DNA of 63,980 nucleotides, counting the filler, from Diploschistes diacapsis (lineage: Eukaryota): the NCBI GenBank assembly GCA_023645945.1. It is 8 parts of 8 records of this genome, joined end to end, with 100 filler letters (N's around TTAATTAATTAA, not from the genome) between each part and the next. Parts side by side here need not be neighbours in the genome. Positions count along the whole stretch, not along the records: positions 1 to 27,731 come from JALAIB010000159.1; 7 more parts are not named here. One strand, given 5' to 3'. Positions 14,501 to 25,068 of the stretch are shown piece after piece; position 1 is the first letter of the stretch, and every line of letters starts with the position of its first letter. The position numbers and the translations under genes were made by a program. A model generated the notes under the pieces. It worked only from the letters and a program-made list of their open reading frames with translations. It searched no databases and had not been told where the DNA came from.

Positions 14501-17500
14501 TTCGAGGTTCGCTGTCAATACCTCGCTATATAAGATAGAAGTCGCTGTATATACGATGTGGGTATCATGTGGATCCTTGCTGAGCCGACGAGAAGCCACT
14601 AGAGGCTCTGGTGAACAAAAAAACTCGTCGTCCAAAAGAATCGAAAGAGGAGCAGGGCTGAAATCACCATTGAGATCGAATCTGTCCGAATTGCAGTTCT
14701 AGGGCCTCTGTCGACACCTCGCTGTATGAGATAGGCTATATATACGAACGTGATATCATATGGGTTCTGCACAAACGATGAAAGCGAGCACAGGCCCTGG
14801 TACAGAACAACTTCATCGTCCCAAAAGAATCGAAGAAGGAGCAGGGCCGCACCATCACCGTTGATTAAAGATCCGTCGGAGCTCCTGCTTAAGGCCATGC
14901 GGATTGTGGCCGCGACATACCTGGACTCGAACAGGGGCTACAAAGCCATCTTGTGGGAATTCTTAAGGCATGCTTCAAATTCAAAGATTTAAAGATAGAA
15001 AAGGGGAAGCAACGGCCAGGGCCGAAGAAGGCGGCTGTCTTGCTGTACATATAGCGCGAGCGTCACATAGACTTTGAAAGGCTTTCGCCTCGCCCCAGCG
15101 AACATACCAGCGAGCAAAAGAGCAGGTGCTGGTTGCGCAACGATTTCGCAGCGAATTCATGATTCCTGTGGTAATAGTCCAAAGGATAGGCTACAGAAAT
15201 TACTCTTGATTACATACTTGTCGAATAAAAACAGTGCAACTTCCGCTGGATCGAAACAGAGGACAATGTACAAAAGCCATGCTCTACGGTATTCTGGAGC
15301 TCGCCATCTCAGACGTGGATATGAAAGGAGAAAGCAACGGGCTTTGGACTGGAAAGACGACCAAGTCGTTGCACATACGACGCACGTGTTTTCGGACTCT
15401 GCAAAAACCTCTATTCTCAAGCGCAAGGACGCCACGAATATCGGAGTGTGGGCTCTGATTAGCCACGACTTTAAGACGCTGAACAGAGGAAGAGTTGGCT
15501 TGTAAAGTAACCATTATTTATAGACCCGCCGAAATCGCAGTAGTGATTCATCAGTACTAAGCGCCAGACAAGGTCAGAACCCAGGACAGAGTGCAAAGCT
15601 GCCCTTTAGAGTATGTCGGAGGTCTCTGGTTTCGAACCTGAAGAACGAAAGGAGAAGCAAAAAACGATGGCCTAGAGCCGAGAAGGCAATTGACAAACTA
15701 TAATACAACACAGGGGGCAAACATCTTTCATTCTTGACGCATGGAGAAGAAGTGCCGATTCCGATTGGCCATAAGTTCAAAATAGGCTGAACGGAAAAAG
15801 GGGTTGGGCTGGAAGATCGACATTGTTTATATATCCGGCGGATTTCCAGCGGACATCTTCCAGGATTGAACGCAAGACAAGGTCAACACCCGGAACAGAG
15901 CGCAAAAGGCTCTGAAAATTTGAAACTCCTCTGCGTGGAATGCTGTGAGGAGAAGAGAAAAAGAAAGGATGTTCATAGACCTGAGGAGACACAACGCTAG
16001 CATCACGAAGATTGTGCAAAAGCGTTCGCTCTAGCGCACGAACAGGACTATAGGCTCTGGTGGGCAATGAGTATCGAAGAAGCAGAAAGCCGGACTAAAC
16101 CAACGTTTATGTTTGGACGAGGAGAGTGATAGGGCTATTCTCTAATAGCTTGGAGTGGCTAAGTTGCAATATATATAATCGCATGTTTTATTAGTCTTTG
16201 CAAAATCCTTTTACTGTAACCGCAAAGGATGAGTGAGACAGGAGTCTGGACTGGGATTGACCGCGGTTTCGATACGCTGAACGATAAACGGATTCGATAA
16301 AGACATCACGGTTGATCATAAATACGTCGGAAGTGAAGAGGTATGAGACGATGCTGACGACAGTGTGCAAAGCCATCCTCTAGTCTGAAGCTCCCCTTCT
16401 CAGCTATGGAGATCGAAAAGGAGAGATATCAACAGAGCCAGGTCTGAAAATACTGTTTATGCTATCGTAAAGGGCTGGGAAAGGTAAAGAAAGCCGGGCC
16501 AGGCAAAGTACTCTAAGCGGGAAGGCAGCGAAAGAAGTGAAGGAAGTAAAAGAAGTATCAAATGGCTAGTGGGAAGCAGAGCTAGCTGGATCAAATCAAC
16601 CAAGGGAGGGTTGCTTGGTACTGGTGTGATTCCAGATATCGCAACGTTGACATACAGGAAATAAGCGACTCTCAATAGATCTACAGATCGCGAATGAAGA
16701 TTAGGGAGACAAAGCAATGGCTAAGAACGGAACGGCAGAAGCAGAGAAGGCTACATAAGGTCCTGGTGCAGCTTCAGGCACCGTGGCATTGACAGAAGTT
16801 CCTGGTTTCGACAGCAGTTTGCGGAAGTCCGAAGAGGTCAGCAAGAGCTGGGAAGAAGGGGAAGCGCTCAAAGCACCCAAAGCACCCAGAGCCGCGAAGG
16901 CAGCACAAGAAGGCAAAGAAGCACAGCTAGAGATGTCTAGCAACACAGCAGGGACTGCCTGGTAGTGGGGCAATTTCAAGTATCGCAGCCTTGACAGAAT
17001 CGAGAAGGCGGCTAAGGTCAGTGAATGAAGCAAAAGAGGCTAGCAAAAGAGATAGGAAGCAGAGCCAGTGATGGTCGTATAATCGATGTGGATTGCATGG
17101 TACTGTAACGAATTCAGGTATCGCAGCCTTGTTGAATACTTGCGACTTCTATAGGTTCGTGGGAGATCGGAAGAGACTCAACGGAACCAAAAGAAGAACA
17201 TTAGGAAATATAGTATATAGAGTCTTCAATGTCTTCGTCAGTAACTCCGGCTTTAAGAGGTATTAGAATTCTCTGTTATGAATATGAGAAAATTCCCTCG
17301 TTCGGTCATCGAGCGTGCAGGATTACTCTTTGGAGCAGTTTGCTGTCCAGCATTATATTGCACAATTTCCATATCTTCAAAAGGCTTGAATAGGAAATAG
17401 TTCTCTTGTGCCACCTGCAAATAGTAGCAGCGACCTTATCTCCAAGTGACCCTTTGAAACTCTGCTTATCTTGACCACCTACACCGGTAGTAGATCCTGA

Positions 17501-18000
17501 TTTTAGGTAGTATAAATGAGTTTTAAGTAACCAATGAAATCCCACGATGCTGCTACAACTGGCTCTTTTGATGATGTTGTTGAAGTGACCCCTGGCCCCA
17601 GTCGTTATTCGGTCCCATAGACGGCAACAATGGCGTCGACGAGCTGTCTCTGTTCTTGTAGAACCTCAGGCAGATGTAAAAATGCATCTGGAGGTATGCG
17701 GAAGGTGCATCAATAAAGGCGATCTGACGCCTGGAGTACGAGGCCCTCTTCGCGGATCTCGGTTTCTGGTCTATTCATAAGCTCTTTCTGATAATGTCAT
17801 TGGATATATTGGGCTGCAGCATGCCCTGCCGCATCTGCGATAATATCTAGCAGCTTTTGTATCGTCGCTATCGTGATTTTGGGATGGACCCATACGTACA
17901 GAAGGCTTTCCTGCAAGAAAAACCCGCGGAGCCTGCTAACATAGTTCTACTTCAGTTTCTTCATATGTAATAACCTCTTTCTCTCAGGGCCGCATAGTAC
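5600..18000. pseudogene. Gene-poor tract with several unidentifiable decayed ORF remnants
   Basis: No intact gene of recognisable family. Protein-like frames are broken by stops, e.g. + frame ~9285-10391 linking ORFs 9405 and 10011, + 7083-7700, + 10897-11470, a hydrophobic minus frame ~12050-12900 and minus ~17450-17900. A splice donor GTAAGT occurs near 6023. Confidence 0.45.
14110..14884. repeat. Diverged tandem repeat, about 4 x 190-200 bp
   Basis: Units begin GCAGCTCTAGG (14297), GCAGTTCGAGG (14497), GCAGTTCTAGG (14693). They share ACCTCGCT(A/G)TAT..(G/A)ATAG, AGGC(T/C)CTGG and AACT(T)C(A/G)TC. A more degenerate unit lies at ~14110-14296. Confidence 0.75.
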
Positions 18001-18679
18001 ATAGAGGCCTGAATGTGTCAACGTGGACATGGATACACGCCGGCATTGTGTTTTAAATAGTAGCATGCGTTTGAAGAGGGAGATCATGTAGCGGAGTTTA
18101 GTTCCTCCGTGAAAGAGATGCTCTTTGGATGCGCGACACAATCAAACCTTGGAGAGAAGAATGCGCTGTTAGATATATCTGGACTGGGCCAAAGCTATCC
18201 TACATCTCTAATGCTCGCTGCCACACACTGACGCCTCTGGTTCTTGTTTGTCCCATTGAAGAGCTCCTACATTGCGAGCGGGAACTCAGCCGACGTGTGA
18301 ACTCAGCCGACCCGCACCTCTACTACTTTAATATGCCGTGCGCTATACCTCGATGCGATATGTGATCCTCGAGGATCCTACACTCCAGTTTTAGCAATGA
18401 GAATAGCTTGAATATACCCAAAACCTCGATTTGTCTTTGAAGAGTTTAGGTACATCAGCACTCTGTGTCTATGTCACCATTTGAGTCGCCGCCGCATCGA
18501 CCTCAGACATTCCATACAGATAAGCCCGTCATCGCCGCGCAACCTTCAGAAGCTTAGGTGAAACATAACTACGGCTCAATCTCCTTGCATACCTCAGAAG
18601 CTATCACTCCATGTCGACAATTCACGGATGAGGGACCTGACACACTGTTCCCTTGTCACAGAAGAGAAAGTACCATACC

Positions 18680-21600
18680 ATGGCGTATAACCAGGACGGA
18701 AGGACATACTCTGGGCAGCATGCGCCATATCATAGCTCGCCGGAGCCTCAAGATCCATATGGCGCATATATGCGTCGAGGCTCAATCCGTCACCCGTATC
18801 AGCGACAAAGGCAAAGCTTTGAAACAGGGGATGAAAGCGCTTCCTACCGTAATACCACAAGTCAGTCAAGCAACAGCGCCTATGACACTGGGCATATCCA
18901 AATGCCGAGTTCGGAACAGTTTATGCCATCCACAACAGCTGTCCCAGGAACCCATTCCGGCGGATACTCGACCGGCAGCGGATATCAGTATCGGAGCGCA
19001 GCCACACATTCGCCTCGCGCAGCATACAATCCTCAACAGTATGCACAAACAGACCATACATACACTCAAAACAGGTATCCGACTCCTAGCCCGCTCGTGA
19101 CAAATGTTCCGAACATGAATCACCAGCCTTACAATCCCGCGGCGTACTCAGCAACCACTGCCCAACCACCTACGAGCTTTGGATACCCAAGCTACGATAC
19201 ATCGCCTGCCGCTTACTCTAGTACCTCATCATATCAACGCTACGCCCAGGACCCTCCACCCGTCCCTCCCCGACCGCACGAGTATGGTTCTCATATCCCT
19301 CAAAGTCCTGGCTCTCAGCATCAAGCAAGTTTTGCTGATCGAGCGCAACGACACAATGCGTCTTTATCCTCACCACAAGCCGGTTCCCCGAATCCTTCCA
19401 CAAATCCCTCCTACGCTACAGCTTATACCCCTCCTGCACCGCCTCGGCCACCGCTTTCACCAAACCCGGAAACATCCACCGTTCAAGCACCAGCAGCACG
19501 TTCTTATCCTCATAACATACCTAACACATTGCCGTTGGAGCCCCTTCATTCATTTTCTGGCCCCGCCAGCTCTTACCAACGTCTTCCTCCCTTATCTCAC
19601 TATCAGGGCAGCGGTGACTATTCTACTCCATCCCCCGAGATGGTATATTCGTGCTCGCCCAACCCATCCTCTCACGTATCTGCATCTTCATCGCCCGGGC
19701 CTCCACCACCACTTCATTCGCCTCGAAGATCAGACACCTCAGGACGTCACCCTCACTCTCGACCGCTGCCTGGTCCACCTCCGTCTTCCTACGAAGAAGC
19801 AGAATATGACGCACAGGCAACGAACAACGGAGATTTTGGATACGATGAGATGCTAGACGAAGTTGAGGCGACTGTTTTGGGGAGGACATCCGGAACAGAA
19901 TCGCGAGCTGGACGGAGCCCAAGGATCGAGAGGCTGTCATTCGGAGAGCGTATAGATCATGGTGCGGAACCCAAACCTTTGTTTTCAAGAAACCAAGTGG
20001 CGATCTTTCCAGAGGATAGATGTTCTCAACCGAACGGTGCAAACGCAATAGGAGCTGGGATTGATGTTAACGATGATGCTTATAGTGATGACAGCGATGC
20101 CGAGGCAGCCGCAGGTCTTGCAGCGATGCAGATGGCCGAGGAGCAGGAAGCTGCAGATTTGGCACGAAGGTCGAACACGTTGCCATACCAGTCCTCTTCT
20201 CATCAGATGCCCCTGCTTCAGTCCCCAGCAGCTCACAATGTGCGTTTGAGTAGCAATAGTGATACCGCTGTGGATACGAAAGCTTATGGTGGGGGCACGT
20301 CAGGCGAGCTTGGTTACCAGTATGGCGAAGAGACACCGCAGCCTAGTGTTGTATCGCAATCAGAGGATTATATGTTCATGAATGAAGAGTCCATACATCC
20401 CTTCAAGGCCTTTGGTGCTCGTACTGACACTGGAGGTACCGGTGGCCTAGCAGAGCCTACCGAACATGCGCGGAGAATGAGCTTCGAGGACGGCGATGAA
20501 GCGACTCTGGTAGACCACTCTACCTCTAACGACTCGTCAAGCGCGCTCAGCACAGCGCAGAACTCTATCAGGTCTGCCACGTCTCCGCCTTCCAGGACTG
20601 GAAGCAGGCCAGGCACCCGTCCATTACCTCAAATACCGGGCTCTGAACATCCTACGTCTAAGAGGCAGAATTCTTACGGAAAGCTCGCTTATCCTCAGGC
20701 CCCTGATGAATATGATCAGGCATATGCTGCTAATGGCTCTTACGTGCACAAAGCCAACTCTATGGGAAGCCATAGTACTACTCCTTTTGTAGTGCCACCT
20801 GGCAGATCCATCACGGATGCTGAGCAACGCCGAAGAGCACATCTAAACGGTTTAAGGACGAGCGCCATTTACGACACCCTTTCGCCAGAGAGTGCTGCCA
20901 CAGGATCTACTAGACTGGGTGAGATAACGCTACCTACCTTACCTGCCGGTAGACGGAGAAAGTTCGACCCTGCCAAGCTTTCTACGGCGGAGTTCAAGCG
21001 TTGCTTGGAGCCTTGGGCCCAAAGCGCTATATTGGCCTGGATCAAAGAAATGACGGAGGGTGAAAATGATTTGAAGGAACATTCTATTATATTGGGTCTA
21101 GTCGCGCTTTTCACACACAAAGTTCCAACTATGAACACTGCTGATGCAGAGGTGCTCTCTGCTCGGCTCGTTGAGCAGATGTTTTCTCAAGGCGCACTGC
21201 TGAAAGAGGAGGAATGGGTAAAGTTTGGCTCTACACGAATGGTGGGTGTGATATTTCAACTAACTGGAACTGGCTGTTACTCCCCAAAAGTTCATGTTTC
21301 GGCTGCGCCTGGCCGTTGTTACGCTCACCATTGCATGCGTACACTAAAGAAAATAAATCTGCAGACACACGCGCTTGCTCCACAACGCAAAGCAGAAGAC
21401 TGGGCGACGTTCTACAAGATGAAGAAGGAGGACGTTGAAGGTGTTTTGAGGAAGGATATTGAGAGGCAAAACAATCTTCATGAGATCGTCACGTCAGAAG
21501 ATTATTTCATGGATCAGCTAGACGTGCTGAGAATCCTTTATCGAGACGGTCTCGTCCGCTCTCCACAGCCAATCATTGCCCCAAAGAAATTAGATGGATT

Positions 21601-23905
21601 CCTGCGAGATGTTTTTGGCAAGGTCGACGCTATTAAGCACGCCAATGAGGACCACCTTCTGGCGCAACTAAAGTACAGACAAGAAGAACAAGGGCCGTGG
21701 ATCAAAGGCTTTTCAGACATCTTCAGAGAATGGATAAGGAAAGCTAAGAACGCCTACATAGATTACGCAAGCAGCCTGCCAAAGGCTCTATTCTTGGTCA
21801 AGAAGGAGTCTGAGCGGAATGTACTCTTTAAACAGTTCCTTGACCAGGTACGAGAAAACGAGCGGTCAAGACGGCTTGGCTGGGACACTTACCTGAAGGC
21901 GCCGATTACTCGATTGCAACGTTATGGGCTCTTGTTGACAACCGTTCACAAGAATGTGGTGGGCGAGAACGAGGAAAAAGTCAACCTCGCTGTCGCTATA
22001 GAGGAAATCAAGGTAGTTACAATGGATTGCGATACAAGAGTTGCTGATCAATCCAAACGGGCAGACCTAGATGATCTTGCTTATAAATTGAAGCTAAGAC
22101 CGGGTATGGAGAAGGTGCAACTAAACCTGAATCACCTAGGCAGAGAGATTGTCCACCGAGGAGACCTTCAAAGGCGAGGCAAAGCGACTTGGCTCGACAT
22201 TCACGCCATTTTGTTTGATCATTACATGGTCCTTTCAAAGCCAATTCAGCAACGCGATGCGGCGGGTGGACTAAAGCACGAAGTCTATGATGTCTCAAAG
22301 CTCGTAAGTTAGTGGAAGGTGGTAAAGAACCCCTTGCTGACGACTTTGCAGCCCATCCCGATGGACTTATTGATCCTTGATAGTGTGAACGATGACCCTG
22401 TCGTCAAGTCGGTCAAAGGAATATCATCAGTGTCTACTCTGACGAAGCCGACAGTAACGACGCCTGGTGGCGGTACTGGAGGGCCTGGAACACTAGTTCA
22501 TACGAACACCAGCACCTCTGCCATATCAAATGGTAGCGGCGCTCGGTCACTAATTACCACCACAGTACTTGATTCGCCAAACGATAAAATCCTATACCCT
22601 TTCCGAGTGAAGCACCTTGGGAAGACCGAAGTCTACATACTGTACGCATCCTCAGCACAGAACCGCCAGGAGTGGTGTGATAAAATAATCGAAGCAAAGA
22701 CTAGGCATGCTTCGTCGCTCTTTGCGCAGAACGCTGAACCATTCAAGCTGCGTGTCCTGGCAGACACCGCATTCGCATACGATTCGCAGTCAGGCGGTCC
22801 GAAAGGCGTTATCATTAAAGGTACTCCTCTAGACCGCTCCATCGAAGAGTGCGAAAAGTCCTTTTACGGTACAGGACCGAAACCATCACCAGTGTGCCGG
22901 GCTCAAGTAAACTGTGCGACTACCTTCAACCAGCCGTTCGGCAAACGCATGATCGCTGTTGGGACGGATTTTGGTGTCTTCATCTCCGAGGATGGCAACG
23001 CGAGAGCATGGACGCGTGTGGTCAATGCCACGCATGTCACCCAGGTTGCTGTCATAGAAGATTTCTCTCTTTTCATCATCATTTCCGATAAATCCCTGAT
23101 AGCCTACCATTTGGAGACTGTATGTCCCGTCGGAGGAGCTGGAACTGCCGCCGACTCTCGGAAAGCACCGCAGAAGCTCTCCGGTAATCGTGACGTTGGT
23201 TTCTTTGCAGTAGGCCGGCAAAAAGATCGCACCCTGGTCTTCTACAAGAAGAAAGACGGAATATCTTCCACTTTCAAAGTCCTGGAGCCAGTCTACCAAA
23301 AATCCGCGACGTCGACGCGCAGCCGCTTTGCCATACGACGGGGCACAACTGATTTCTTTAGAGACTTTGACGACTTCTACATCCCTTCGGAAACATATGC
23401 AATCGATCTATTTCAGTCCAGTCTGGCAATCTCAACAGCAAGAGGTATTGAGATCCTTACGCTGGACAAGAAAGTCCCGATCAGTGTCCCTGATCTCAAG
23501 CCGCCCGAGGTCGCATCCATCGCACAACGAATACAAAATCAAAAGCCGCTAGGAATGTTCCGACTCTCGGATAATGAATTCTTGCTGGTCTTCGAAGAGG
23601 TCGGTATCTATGTGGACAAACATGGAGACGTCTCACGAGCGGTCGTGATGGAATTCGTGGGCAAGGCAAAACAAGCCTGTCTGATCGGAGGCATGTATCT
23701 CATCCTCGTCGATGCTGGGGCTGGTTTCGTGGAAGTACGAAACGCTGTCAACGGCCGACTCAGACAGGTAATCAGTGGCCGAGACGTGAAGCTCCTAGAT
23801 GCTGGTCAAACCAGCGGGACCGTCAAAATATGCATGCAGCATCCGGAACAGGAACGGAACCAGGTCGTCTTGGAAATGCTTGTGAATGAAGGTTCGAAAG
23901 AGTGA
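18680..23905 (+). CDS. rgf3: Rho GEF of the Rom2/Tus1/Rgf3 family (Pro-rich N-terminus, DH, PH, CNH), most like Rgf3/Tus1; exons 18680-22303, 22352-23905
   Basis: DH motifs ERQNNLHEIVTSE and YLKAPITRLQRYGLLL, PH motif LFDHYMVLSK, and a C-terminal CNH domain. The pre-DH segment LFTHKVPTMN...GCYSP..H..GRCY is typical of Rgf3-type proteins. Intron 22304-22351 (GTAAGT..GCTGAC..CAG). Confidence 0.88.
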
Positions 23906-24604
23906 TGGCGGAGACAAAAGATGTTGATCTCTAGGTTGTTGTTTTTTTTTCAGTGTTCAGCAGCGTTTCGCTATCGGCACCATTTGGTCGGAGCATCATG
24001 AAGTGCTATAATTCTAACGATCTCACTTTGGATCTCAACGCAGGTAGTGTCTCAAGCGAGGGGCTAGATTGAAAGAATACCGGGCGTGCTTGGGATAATA
24101 TGGATGATGAATCTATCTCAGATGAAGCTCTCTATATACTATCCGTTGGTCTTGAATAGGCTCAAGATTCATTGTCCTCAATGATACCAGACACTTTTAT
24201 TTGGTTTTGGGAGCCACTGGTGGTGCCCCTGATCGCGACTTCGCCTGGTCGCTGATCGGATTTAAGACCATTAACTACTGGTGGGGCCTTAAGCCCGATC
24301 AGGCACAATCTCAGATGAACATCCGAGTCCCCCACACTTCAAACTGCTGCTGCAACACAATTTTACCATCCTTGCCTCAGGTCCGAGTATACGATTCGAC
24401 ATCTTTGCTGAGATATAATACTTTGAAGATATCCCGGCATTTAAAATATCTGAACTCTCAAACTTGCTGAGAGAAGCCCTATAAAGCAATCACCCTGGTG
24501 GCCACTATCCTATATTCAAAAGCACCGCTTGTCCCTTCCCGCCCTACGGCAACTTGACATAACCCTAAAATACACGCATTCCATAACCCCTACCGTCAAA
24601 ACAG

Positions 24605-25016
24605 GTAAGATGTTGTGATGTCCTGTTCAGTTTATATAGTTTCGTGTTCTCAATATCCGCACGAGGATTGCCTCATTTGGAACAATTTATTCATGCACTC
24701 AGGCAGCCTGCATATAACTTTGCCGTGAATATCAGGCCTTCAAACTGGCTTCTTAGGTATAGCTAGACCTTTCAAGCTCTAATGCATGCAATTACATTTG
24801 TCGTCGTTGCCCTCTCAAAGATGGCTGTAGGGGTGGGTTTCCGCAATGCTTGGGCCCTGAGCCCCTGCTTCCGCTGCCGCCCTCTTGAAAGGGGCAAATC
24901 TTCAGCCAAGCCTTAGCAAGAGCGAAATGCATTGAATTGAGCTCACGTCTGGGTCTTCGAGCCTGATCCTTTTAAAGACTGTTGTTTCTATATGGCGAAG
25001 CTAACTTGACGTGCAG
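24605..25016 (+). other. Predicted 5'UTR intron of snd1 containing extensive nested stems (candidate structured ncRNA)
   Basis: CAG|GTAAGA donor at 24605, GCTAAC branch at 25000-25005, CAG acceptor at 25016, TATAAA near 24480 and ATG at 25069. Complementary pairs are listed in findings. Confidence 0.55.
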
Positions 25017-25068
25017 ATTTCAGTCTAATCTGTGAGCCTGCTTCTCTGCATCCCACCAGCCGGACACC

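Noticed and set aside
24558..24570. TAACCCTAA as a telomerase RNA template, with the downstream three-way junction as CR4/5
   Set aside because: No U-rich/A-rich pseudoknot, P6.1-type loop or Sm site was found, and the motif sits only ~40 nt before a splice donor in the snd1 leader. A 9-mer alone is weak evidence.
24605..25016. TPP riboswitch, U3, U14, snR30, SRP or RNase P/MRP identity for the structured intron
   Set aside because: Their hallmark motifs (e.g. CTGAGA...TGAT.. TAAT..CAGCG for TPP, AUAUUCCUA/AAACCAU for snR30, GAAAGUCCCC for MRP) are not present.
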